64,000 nt of DNA from Terriglobia bacterium (GTDB taxonomy: Bacteria; Acidobacteriota; Terriglobia; UBA7540): the NCBI GenBank assembly GCA_030040995.1, contig JASHOS010000198.1:838-64837 (forward strand), in the 5' to 3' direction. This document shows positions 28,450 through 37,659 of this stretch, piece after piece. The notes beneath the pieces are model-generated. The model saw nothing but the letters and a program-made list of their open reading frames with translations, was not told the origin of the DNA and did no database searches. Position numbers and translations under genes: made by a program. Within the stretch, counting starts at the first letter, position 1; every line of letters starts with the position of its first letter.

Positions 28450-28612
28450 TCTCGAATCATCTGCTATGGGAGTCAAATGGTAGCGCCGGGACCTTTTCCT
28501 CGCAGGTAATTTGAGGAGCTGCTCATCTCGCCCGCAAAACCGGGAACAGCATCCTGCCTTTGACCCATTTGCTGCGGCAGGGAAATGGAAGAGCGGAGGC
28601 CAATTAAATAAG

Positions 28613-31600
28613 ATGAGACACAAGGAATCTGAAGCATGTAAGGCTTTAACCCTCTTGGGTTTAGCTATTTTGATCATCGCCGCCTTGGGGATAGTGCCTC
28701 AGCGGGGTTGGGCGCAAGAGATAACCGGAGGCATTACGGGCACGGTCACCGACCCGTCAGGGGCTGCGGTGCCGAACGCGAGAGTGACCGCAACGGACGT
28801 GCAGCGAGGCACAATCTGGCCCACACAAACCAATTCAGCCGGCGTTTACAATTTTCCCCGGCTGCCGGCGGGCCAGTACAGAATCAAAGTGGTAGCAAAA
28901 GGCTTTGCTTCCAGCGTGCGTCCGGCGTTCACATTGCAAATGAACCAGATTGCTCGAGTTGATCTGCAGTTGACCGTGGGCGCCATGACGCAGACAGTCA
29001 CGGTGAATGCGGCGCCGCCGCTGCTCCAAACGGATACGATGCAAGTTGGACTGGTGACGAGTGCGAACTTCAACGTTAACCTGCCGCTGGCGACGCGGAA
29101 CTTTATTCAGCTCACTTTGCTCACGCCTGGCGTCACCACGGTCGATCCTAGCTCCTTCACCAACGGCCAGCGCACCGGCGGCGGCGGCCGCCCCTACGTC
29201 AATGGCAACCGGGAGGAAGGCAATGACTTCCTGCTGGATGGAATTGATAACAACCAGATTTCGGACAACCTGACTTCTTATCAGCCGAGCGTCGACGCCA
29301 TTCAGGAATTCGACATGATCACCAACAATGCGCCCGCTCAGTATGGCCAGTTTCAGGGCGGCGTGATCAGCGTCACGCTCAAGTCCGGAACAGACCAGTA
29401 TCACGGTGACGCTTTCGAGTTCCTCCGCAACAGCGGCCTCGATGCCAACACATGGTCGAACGATTGGCAAGGCCTACCCACGGCCGGCTTGCGCTGGAAT
29501 ACTTTCGGCGGCACCGTTGGCGGGCCGATCAAGAAAGGGAAGCTGTTCTTCTTCGCCGACTACGACGGCGAGCGGCTTGATAGCCCGGCTGCAATTCAAT
29601 ACTTCACCGTGATGACTCCCGCGGAGCGCAGCGGCGACTTCTCTCAACTGCTGACGGTTTCAGCCGATAACCCTACACCGCGGCAGCTTTATAATCCCTG
29701 CGCATCGTTTTCCGGCCCATGCACAGCACCCGCCAATCCGCTGGCTGTTCGCCAGCCGTTCCCGGGCAACGTCATACCGGCCAGCATGATCGATCCGGTA
29801 GCGCAAAAGCTCTTCTCGTCTGGGGATTATCCTAGCCCTGTGAATTCGAATCTTCTGGATAACGCATTCAACACCACGCGTACTTACACCGATAACAATC
29901 AGGGCGACATCAAAATGGATTACGTGGTGAATGACAACAACCACCTCTGGGGCAGTTACTCTCAGGGCTTCCAAGAGATTCCTACCACGAACTCGGTGCT
30001 GGTCTTGGGGCAGAGCTTCAACAATTCGCCTTTTCATGGCGCCGTGATCGACTGGACCCATACCTTTAGCCCCAGCTTGGTCATGGACGCCAAAATGGGA
30101 GTGAATCGCATCTATCTTGACGATGGAGGTGACGTCACCGGCCTCGGCAACTTCGCCGATACCCTCGGCATTGCCGACGGCAACGTTCACGGAGCTGGAC
30201 TGCCGGGGATCAATTTTACCAACGGATTCGCCTCGGATATCGGCTCTTCGGATTCTGAGGAGCTGTTCGCTGACACCACAGTCGAACCGACGTTAGACTT
30301 AATTCTCACTCACAACCGCCACGTGATTCACATGGGCTTTGAGGCCATGCGGCACGACATCAACACCTATTACGCCGGGAACAATGGCAAGTACGGTTTC
30401 CTCGACTACAGCGGGCAATATACGAGCGGTCCGAATCCTGCCAGCGTGGTCTCACCCGGTTTGTCGGAGGGCGATTTTGTTCTGGGCCTACTCGACAGTA
30501 TTGGATTAGGAATCAGTGGGGGGACATGGGGTCAGAGAAGTTGAGTCTACGCGCCGTACGTCCAGGACGATTGGCGCGCTACCGACCGCTTGACCATAAA
30601 CGTGGGTCTCCGCTGGGAATATAATCAGCCCTGGTATGAAACCGACAACCGCCAGGCAAACTTTGGCCTTTTCAGCGGCACGGAATACATTGCCGGCCAG
30701 GGTAGTTACCCTTACAGTGACTGCAGTGCCCTTTACAATTCAGACTACCGCGATTGGGAGCCGCGATTCGGATTTGCCTACACTCCAAGCTTCCTCGGCA
30801 AGACGACGGTGCTGCGCGGGGCCTATACTGTTTCCTCCTTCCTGGAAGGTACGGGCACCAATCTCCGTCTGCCGCTGAATCCGCCATTCCAGACGGAAGT
30901 TGGGGATGTCTACAACTCTACCGCAGCTCCCTACACCCAGTACTTCCCGGGGTCAACTTCGGACCAGGGCTTTGGAGTTCTGACCTCTCCTGCGAATCCA
31001 CTTGCGGGGGCGCTGATCCGCCTCTGGGATCCCAATGTTGAGCCGAACACCGTGCAGCAGTGGAACCTCAGCGTTGAGCATCAATTTCCCGGCGAGATGC
31101 TGTTTTCAATCGGCTACGTCGGGCAGCACGGTACCAACCTGATGACTCCGATGCCTTATCTTCAAAAGCGGCTACCCGGAATAGCAGGATGCCCTTCAAC
31201 CGCAACGGCGCCTTGTGGCAGCCCGTACATGGCTGGTAATCCAGCAGTCTACGATGTGATTTCGCAAATCTCCGGCACGGCGTCCAACAGCGACCAAGCC
31301 TACGATGCCTTGCAGGCGAGTTTGACGAAACACTTGACGCAGGGTCTCGAATTTCAACTCTCCTATACGTATTCAAAGGCGATGACCAACGACACGGGCT
31401 ATTATGGCGAAGGCGGGCAGGCGAGCACCCAAGACTATTACTGGCAGAACCTCTATGACATGGTTGCCGAATGGGGTCCGGCCTACTTCAGCGCTACCCA
31501 CAATTTCATTGCCTCGTATGTCTATCAATTACCTTTGGGGAACGGCAAGCGGTTTGGCGGCGGATGGAATCGGGCCGCAAGCGATGTTCTCGGCAACTGG

Positions 31601-32032
31601 CAACTCAGCGGGATTTTTACATATCATACGGGCTTCCCCATGACCGTCGGCGCTAACGACGCATCCGGTACCAACAGCCGTGGCTACAGGGCAAACCAGA
31701 TCGGCGCCAATTCTTATCCTAACGATGTAGGTCCAGGGACAACCTGGTTCGGAACATCGGCCTACTCGCAGCCTGTTGCAGGCACCTTCGGAACCGCCGC
31801 TAATGGCACGGTAATTGGTCCCGGATTGACCGACTGGGACTTTGGACTCGAGAAAGAATTTCCCATCACCGAATCCAAGCGCCTTGAGTTCAGAAGCGAG
31901 TTCATCAACTTCACCAACACGCCCGTCTTTCAGGTTCCTGCAAGCATGAGCGTGGACAGTACGGAGTTTGGTGACATTCTAAGCTCGCAGTACTCCCGCA
32001 CCATCCAATTTGCCCTGAAGTTCTACTTCTAG
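28613..32032 (+). pseudogene. TonB-dependent receptor (CarboxypepD_reg type) interrupted by one in-frame TGA at 30542..30544
   Basis: Track ORFs 28511..30544 and 30590..32032 are in the same frame. ...[33 protein letters not shown] aligns with ...[26 protein letters not shown] of the paralog at 7546..11241. Ends QFALKFYF. A sequencing error cannot be excluded. Confidence 0.75.
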
Positions 32033-32264
32033 CCTGTGCAGGGGCGCGCCGCCACCGTGCGCCCCTACGCATCCCCCCGTTCTGAAAAACTGCCTCTTCT
32101 TGCCGGGAAATGGCAATTTAGCCTCGCGAGTTCAGAGAGATCGTGGCAAGAATTCACGACCTTGGAATCCAGACACCCGCCTTGGATTTGCCGTCCTAAG
32201 AAACGCAGATCCGAGTGCGGGTCTGCGCTTCTCCGGGACTCTAGAAAGTGGCAATATAGGTTTT

Positions 32265-33122
32265 ATGAATCCAGAGAGCCCGCGCGTTGGCTTCGAAGGC
32301 CTTAGCGTGGCCGCCTTCGAGAGCCGCCATGCGGCCGAAATGGCCACGCTGATCGAGCGATATGGCGGCGCGCCTCGCGTGACCCCTTCAATGCAGGAAG
32401 TTCCGCTGGAGGAAAATGCCGCTGCTTTTGAATTTGGCGACAAGCTGATTGCCGGCAAATTCCATGCGGTCATCTTCATGACCGGTGTGGGCACAGAGAT
32501 GCTCATTCACGTGCTGGAAAGCCGGCAGGCGCGTGAAGAGATTGTGCGGGCGCTTTCCGCAACTCTAATCGTGGCCCGCGGTCCCAAATCCGTCCGCGTT
32601 CTCAAGAACCTGCAGGTTCCCATCGCCATCACTCTTCCGGATCCGCACACCTCGCAATTGCTGCTGCGCGCGTTGGACGAATATCCGGGGGGCTTCGCCT
32701 GGGAGGGCAGCCGTATTGCGGTCCAGGAGTACGGGGTGCCTAATCGGGAACTCCTGGGCGAGCTTGAAAAGCGCGGTGCCCACGTTTTTCGCGTTCCCGT
32801 ATACCGCTGGGCGCTTCCGGAAAACACCGAACCCTTGCGCGAAGCAGTGCAGGCCATCATCGACGGGCAAGCGCGAGTGGTCTTATTTACAAATGCGGTG
32901 CAAGTAAACCATTTGATGCAGGTGGCGGGCGAGAAGCGGGAGAGTCTCCGGAATGCGCTGCGCCGGTCTGTGGTTTGCTCTGTGGGGCCAACCTGCAGCG
33001 AGACGTTGAGGAACCACGGGATTGGAGTGGATCTCGAGCCGGAGCAACATAAGATGGGGTCGCTGGTTTATGAAGCCGCTGGGCGCGCGCCGACCCTGTT
33101 GAACCAGAAGAGCATGGAATAG
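32265..33122 (+). CDS. hemD: Uroporphyrinogen-III synthase
   Basis: ATG at 32265 inside track ORF 32100..33122. HemD-like two-lobe pattern (VAAFESRHAAEMATLIERYGG..., VLFTNAVQV). Adjacent to hemE. Confidence 0.75.
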   Translation: MNPESPRVGFEGLSVAAFESRHAAEMATLIERYGGAPRVTPSMQEVPLEENAAAFEFGDKLIAGKFHAVIFMTGVGTEMLIHVLESRQAREEIVRALSATLIVARGPKSVRVLKNLQVPIAITLPDPHTSQLLLRALDEYPGGFAWEGSRIAVQEYGVPNRELLGELEKRGAHVFRVPVYRWALPENTEPLREAVQAIIDGQARVVLFTNAVQVNHLMQVAGEKRESLRNALRRSVVCSVGPTCSETLRNHGIGVDLEPEQHKMGSLVYEAAGRAPTLLNQKSME

Positions 33123-33304
33123 CGCTCGGAGTTAGGGTTCGGGAGTGCTCCTCTCAGTCTGCCAAATCGCTTTCCGGCACTCCGAAGAATCCAAAGAACC
33201 CCCTTACTCGCCTCACTGGTCGGGACCCTCTCCCCCGCGGCCACGGCGTAGGGTCTGAAGAGGGCCTGCCAGCCGAGCTCTTCAGGTCGGGATGATCTCA
33301 TTCA

Positions 33305-34420
33305 ATGACCTCTTACAAACAACCGGATACGATGCCCGAACTCCGAACCACGAACCCCGAGCCCCGAGCCCCAAGCCTACCGCCATGGCATGACTCCCGT
33401 TTTATGAGGGCTTGCCGGCGCCAGCCAGTGGACGCCACTCCGGTATGGCTGATGCGCCAGGCGGGCCGCTATCTCAAGGAATACCGCGCGCTACGCGCAT
33501 CGACTCCCTTCCTTGAGCTGTGCAAGAACCCGGAGCTGGCTGCGGAACTGACGGTGATGGCAGCCAAGCGCATTGGCGCCGATGCGGCAATCCTCTTCGC
33601 CGACCTTCTGCTCATCGCGGAGCCCATGGGCTTCCGCATCGAGTACGATAAAGGTCCTGGCCCGCTCGTTCGGCCGGCACTGCGCAGCGGGACGAGCCTT
33701 ACCCACCTTCCGGAAGTAGAATCGCAGGATTCACTCGCCTACGTTTTCGAAGCCGTCCGGCGCGCCCGGGCGGCGCTCGACGCTTCCTTACCCTTGATCG
33801 GCTTTGCCGGAGCTCCTTTTACGCTAGCCTCTTACTTGATTGAAGGCGGACCGTCAAAGACTTTCCGGCATACGAAGACGCTGATGTTCAGCGACGCCGG
33901 CGAATGGCACGCGCTGATGGATTATCTCGTAAGAAACTTGGTAAAATACACCCGCGGCCAAATCGAAGCCGGTGTTCAGGCAGTACAGATATTCGATTCG
34001 TGGGCCGGATGCCTCGCGCCGGCGCACTATCGCGAGTTCGTGCTTCCCCACATGCGGCAGTTTTTTGCCGGTCTCCCGCAAGGTGTTCCAACCATCCATT
34101 TCGCCACCGGCGCTGGGGCGTTGCTCAAAGACATGCAAGACGCCGGCGGAGATGTGATAGGTCTCGATTTTCGGGTCTCCCTGGGCGAAGCTTGGAACCG
34201 GCTCGGGCCGCAAGCAGCCGTGCAGGGCAACCTCGACCCCACCGTGCTTTTCGCCGGCTCCCCCTATATCCGGAAGCAAGTTCGGAGTATCCTGAGCGAG
34301 GCCGCCGGCCGGAGGGGACACATTTTCAATCTTGGCCACGGCGTTCTGCCCGAAACCCCCGTTGAGCACGTTACCGCGCTAATAGAAATGGTCCACGAGG
34401 AAAGTCAGGTGCTTCGCTAG
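33305..34420 (+). CDS. hemE: Uroporphyrinogen decarboxylase
   Basis: 371 aa. PVWLMRQAGRYLKEYR signature and further URO-D blocks. Confidence 0.95.
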   Translation: MTSYKQPDTMPELRTTNPEPRAPSLPPWHDSRFMRACRRQPVDATPVWLMRQAGRYLKEYRALRASTPFLELCKNPELAAELTVMAAKRIGADAAILFADLLLIAEPMGFRIEYDKGPGPLVRPALRSGTSLTHLPEVESQDSLAYVFEAVRRARAALDASLPLIGFAGAPFTLASYLIEGGPSKTFRHTKTLMFSDAGEWHALMDYLVRNLVKYTRGQIEAGVQAVQIFDSWAGCLAPAHYREFVLPHMRQFFAGLPQGVPTIHFATGAGALLKDMQDAGGDVIGLDFRVSLGEAWNRLGPQAAVQGNLDPTVLFAGSPYIRKQVRSILSEAAGRRGHIFNLGHGVLPETPVEHVTALIEMVHEESQVLR

Positions 34421-34629
34421 AAACAGTGACGAAGCACCGGAGTCCGCACTGCATTTCACAAATTCTGTTTACTGTATTGTAAATACCCAACCATACATGT
34501 TATGAACTACTGTGAGATTTTGCATGCGGAGACCGGGACTGACCAGAAGCCTGGCGATGTGACCGGTTTGGAGTGGCTGGGGGTGAAAGCAGAATCTCTT
34601 TGCTTTCTGGGAAAGGAAGGAGAGAATAC

Positions 34630-34827
34630 TTGAATCAAACACATAAATCAGTTGACAATTCAGTGCGCAAAGCCTTCGAGCTTCTGATCCAGCTTCGGGG
34701 CCATCGCCACGCGGGACGGCTGCTCGAGCTGGCAAACAGCTATCTTCAGTTACTCACTCATGCCGACACAGCAGATTGCATTCCCGTTGTGGTAACCGTT
34801 CGGACGATGAAAATCCGGGAGCCCTAG
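34630..34827 (+). CDS. Small hypothetical protein (65 aa) with a strong Shine-Dalgarno
   Basis: AAGGAG at 34617..34622, 7-nt spacer, TTG at 34630. LNQTHKSVDNSVRKAFELLIQLRGHRHAGRLLELANSYLQ.... No family recognised. Confidence 0.35.
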   Translation: MNQTHKSVDNSVRKAFELLIQLRGHRHAGRLLELANSYLQLLTHADTADCIPVVVTVRTMKIREP

Positions 34828-34828
34828 T

Positions 34829-34915
34829 CCGGATCTCTCACGGATGCGAGGCAAGGCCGGGGTTGAAATCCGCCCTTCCACCGCGAGCAGCACTCCTGGC
34901 GAGAAGGTCGGGCTA
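34829..34915. repeat. Family G element, copy 2, ending 2 nt before the XRE gene stop codon
   Basis: gaaatccgcccttccaccgcgagcagcactcctggcgagaaggtc matches 1716..1762 with a few substitutions. Confidence 0.5.
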
Positions 34916-34916
34916 G

Positions 34917-35405
34917 CTAATTGGCATCTCCTGAAGAACCGGGGACGCCGGCCGCCACTGCAGGCATTCGCGCGGCTTGCAGCTCAGAAACACGGCGTTG
35001 AAGCTCTGCAGCAAGGTCCTCCAGGATGCGCAATTGCTCGGAGCGACGCTGCACGGTGCTCTCAAGCTTGGCTATTTGGCGCCGCAGTTTTGCGTTCTCG
35101 CGCGCCAGCGCGCCCGAATCGGATTCGGGAGATCCTCGTGTTGAAGCTTGGCTGGGGATGACGGGCGGGCTGGCAACGCGCCCCTGCGCTTGGCGGATAA
35201 GGACTTCCACGTCTTTCCGCTCGATACCGGGAGGACAGAGGCTGCGCAAGGCAAATAAACGGGCCAAATCGGGCTGGTTGCGTCCCCGCTCCCAATGCTG
35301 GATCGCAGCTTTCGTGGCATTCAAGCGGCGCGCTAGAGCCTCCTGGCTCAAGCCTATCCTCTGTCGCGCTCTCCGGATAACCTGGGGTACATCAAGCGTT
35401 GCCAT
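34917..35405 (-). CDS. XRE-family HTH regulator with a C-terminal coiled coil
   Basis: 162 aa. IRRARQRIGLSQEALARRLNATKAAIQHWERGRNQP, then NAKLRRQIAKLESTVQRRSEQLRILEDLAAELQRRVSELQ. Confidence 0.8.
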   Translation of the reverse strand: MATLDVPQVIRRARQRIGLSQEALARRLNATKAAIQHWERGRNQPDLARLFALRSLCPPGIERKDVEVLIRQAQGRVASPPVIPSQASTRGSPESDSGALARENAKLRRQIAKLESTVQRRSEQLRILEDLAAELQRRVSELQAARMPAVAAGVPGSSGDAN

Positions 35406-35613
35406 TTCTGGTCCTCCTGACGTTGACGCCGGGAATCTGGATTAGGAACTTGGATTTCGGGAAGTACACCAAACCTGACCTCAAGTTGCAAATCCCAGCG
35501 CCTGCTTCTAAGCCTGAAAGGGGAGTCTGTGTTTCGGCCCTCGGCTACGACTGAGCGCCGTCCTCTTGCCAGGCATGTGCCGCTGGGACAGCGGCCGCTA
35601 CCAACCCATTCTG

Positions 35614-35671
35614 TAGCGCCGACCTTCAGGTTGGCATTTGGCCCGATGCCGGGCTCCAGCCCGGCGCTACG
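35614..35671. repeat. REPIN-like doublet, family A
   Basis: GTAGCGCCGACCttcaGGTTGGC...GCCGGGCtccaGCCCGGCGCTAC. Confidence 0.75.
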
Positions 35672-35712
35672 AGCCCAAGACGGGGGTACCATCCCTGAAG
35701 GTCAAATATCCC

Positions 35713-35741
35713 TTGACAAAGCTACCTGGCTAGGCTAGAAT
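35713..35741 (+). promoter_or_regulatory. Near-consensus sigma-70-type promoter, divergent from the XRE gene
   Basis: TTGACA (35713..35718), exactly 17 nt, TAGAAT (35736..35741). Confidence 0.5.
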
Positions 35742-35867
35742 CCAATTGTTCTCCTTTGCTGGCGCGCACGAAGGTGACTTGGCTCGAGCGCTCGCCAGAT
35801 CAGATTTCCGGCAGCTCTACGCTTTACAAAAGCTGCCAAGCTGCTGAAGCCTTATCAAGTTACTCCG

Positions 35868-35900
35868 CCATGCGATCCTTTCAAAGCGCATGGTTTTTTT
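35868..35900 (+). terminator. Rho-independent terminator-like hairpin about 150 nt downstream of the 35713 promoter
   Basis: CCATGCG (35868..35874), 12-nt loop, CGCATGG (35887..35893), followed by T7 (35894..35900). Confidence 0.55.
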
Positions 35901-35925
35901 CGCATTGCTGTATTTACTATTTAGT

Positions 35926-35942
35926 GAATATCTTAATGATAT
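35926..35942. promoter_or_regulatory. Operator-like site 1: ATATC-N5-GATAT inside GAATATCTTAATGATAT
   Basis: Perfect 5-bp inverted arms. A 16-nt near-repeat lies 88 nt downstream. Confidence 0.3.
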
Positions 35943-36013
35943 CGAGTTGGGCCGCTCGACAATCCGCGTCCTCAACGCCGCCGCAGATTCTGCTGTCCAC
36001 TCTCATCCCTATT

Positions 36014-36030
36014 GAATATCTATATGATAA
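36014..36030. promoter_or_regulatory. Operator-like site 2: ATATC-N5-GATAa inside GAATATCTATATGATAA
   Basis: 14 of 16 nt identical to site 1. Confidence 0.3.
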
Positions 36031-36591
36031 AACGACGCTTACTGTTCCGTCCCGGCGATTCGTTCATCGGCGACGCTCGGGGCCATACCTCGCCGGATGG
36101 TTATCGCTCGAACGGAACCCCAGGTGTCCATCTTCTCTTAAAGCCGCATCTTTGCACTCGCGCCGCCGATCCGTAAAGTCCTGGCTGACAAGGACATACG
36201 AAACTCACCTTTGTCCTTGCGGCCCCGAGACCGCCCCTTGTCACCCGAAAGCCAGCCTAGAGCCGTACAACTTAGCGCCCGAGGAGCTTACGGCTAGCCT
36301 ACAGCATTCCGGCTCTGACGTCAAGTATGGCTCGAAAGCTAGCCTATCGGAAGCCTTGGATGCGGCGTCTCCGGTCCGTATGTGGCCGCGATTCCCGGAA
36401 AGTCCAGCCCCACCGGAAATCTGGCCAATGAGCACGTCACAATTGCCACGTCCGGGAAGGGCCAGCACAACCAGATTTGAACTTCTTAGACGTGCAAGAC
36501 ATCCCCTCGCGCAGACCAGTATTCTTTCACTCCCTCGCACTTACCCAGCGGAGCCTGTTAATAAACTAGCTCTGCCCAGAGAGGAGCTTTC

Positions 36592-36972
36592 ATGGAATTC
36601 TGTCAGAACGTATCCAAGCCATTCAACCTGCGCGGGTTGCCTAAGACCATTGCCAACCCGGCTCCCGAAACGATGCTCTTACCCAACTTGGACCCCCGGC
36701 CGTGGCAGGATCCTCTGCCCAATCGGCCGGCCACTGCCAGCGGGCGATGCTCAGAGAGAGGCTGTGTATTTCCGGCCGCTGGGACCGCCACTGGACGATG
36801 CCGCCAGCACGAACGGCAAGCGCGTGAACCCATTCTCTTCTCTTCGCACCAACCTACGCGGGTTGTACTGGAAAGCGGAAGGTTCGATGTACCGGAAGCC
36901 GACGGGGAAAGCCTCAGAAGCAGAGACCGCCGCCGTATGGCCGCGCTCCGGGAAGCTTTTCTAGAAGGCTGA
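36592..36972 (+). CDS. Hypothetical 126-aa protein with a CX4C...CX2H motif
   Basis: GAGGAG 5 nt upstream of ATG 36592, and a stop 36 nt upstream in frame. CSERGCVFPAAGTATGRCRQHE. More balanced composition than the overlapping 402-aa frame. Confidence 0.5.
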   Translation: MEFCQNVSKPFNLRGLPKTIANPAPETMLLPNLDPRPWQDPLPNRPATASGRCSERGCVFPAAGTATGRCRQHERQAREPILFSSHQPTRVVLESGRFDVPEADGESLRSRDRRRMAALREAFLEG

Positions 36973-37004
36973 AGCAACCCTGTTCGGAGGTGAGTGAGGT
37001 AGCG

Positions 37005-37280
37005 ATGCCTATGACAACGCAACAAAACGGAAGCAATTCGGTTTCGGGAAAGTTGCCGCCAAGGTTGCCCGACGACGGCTCTCAACTTCCTCTTGTCACC
37101 CCTTCCAGCGCCTGGCGCATTCTGTGTCACCGGACGGGCGTCCCGGTCTCTCGCGCGACGTTCTACCGGTGGCTCGGAAATGGGAGGGTGTTCTCTTATC
37201 GTATGGGGCAGAAAATCTACGTTCCTGTTCCCATCCTTGAGCAGATCATCGAGCACTGCCGCGCCGGCGAACGGTTTTAG
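37005..37280 (+). CDS. Excisionase/MerR-like HTH_17 DNA-binding protein
   Basis: ...TPSSAWRILCHRTGVPVSRATFYRWLGNGRVFSYRMGQKIYVPVPILEQIIE. GAGG lies 5 nt upstream of ATG 37005. Confidence 0.7.
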   Translation: MPMTTQQNGSNSVSGKLPPRLPDDGSQLPLVTPSSAWRILCHRTGVPVSRATFYRWLGNGRVFSYRMGQKIYVPVPILEQIIEHCRAGERF

Positions 37281-37659
37281 CCCCAATACATCTGCACGCT
37301 GCGCTCGCTGGCGTTGCGGGTGGGGGCACCTCCGGTTGCGGGCCGTTGTTAGTGTCGATGATCAGCTTTCAGCGAAGATCTCTAGCGCGTTTTCGGCTGA
37401 TCGGCCGGGACGCGTGAGAAAAAGCCAACCTACGGTAAAGGGCGCGGCGGAGCGTCTGCAAAGGAAAGACGAGCGACGAGGACCACTGCCGCTTTTTGTC
37501 GCTTGCTTCCGCTAACGTCCTTAGCAACGATCTGGGCCTGCTCCCGGGCACTTAATGGAGGCGGCTCCTGGTAGTCTTCCCCCGCTCGACCGCCGGCTCC
37601 TTAGGCAATCAATGCGCGGTCTTAGTAGTCTGCTAATTTGGATTATTGCGGCGCCGCCG

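Noticed and set aside
30542-30590. The in-frame TGA of the TonB receptor as selenocysteine, with a downstream hairpin TACGCGCC...GGCGCGcTA acting as a SECIS element.
   Set aside because: No sel genes are present in the window. An outer-membrane barrel is an implausible selenoprotein. The hairpin is explained by the conserved [11 protein letters not shown] coding sequence.
34466-34492. A LexA/SOS-box-like string tTACTGTattgtaaatac at the island edge.
   Set aside because: Only one CTGT half-site is present and the matching ACAG half is missing. The short palindrome TTTAC-N6-GTAAA alone is weak evidence.
34850-34885. A tRNA 3-prime-end-like string, ggggttgaaatccgcccttccaccg, which could be an att site or tRNA gene. 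A similar string occurs at 1716.
   Set aside because: I could not fold a T-arm or acceptor stem, and there is no D or anticodon arm upstream. The string belongs to the family G repeat.
36258-36297. A hairpin AGCCGTA...TACGGCT reminiscent of group II intron domain V.
   Set aside because: The inner stem, the 2-nt bulge and the GNRA tetraloop are absent, and there is no reverse transcriptase or maturase ORF nearby.
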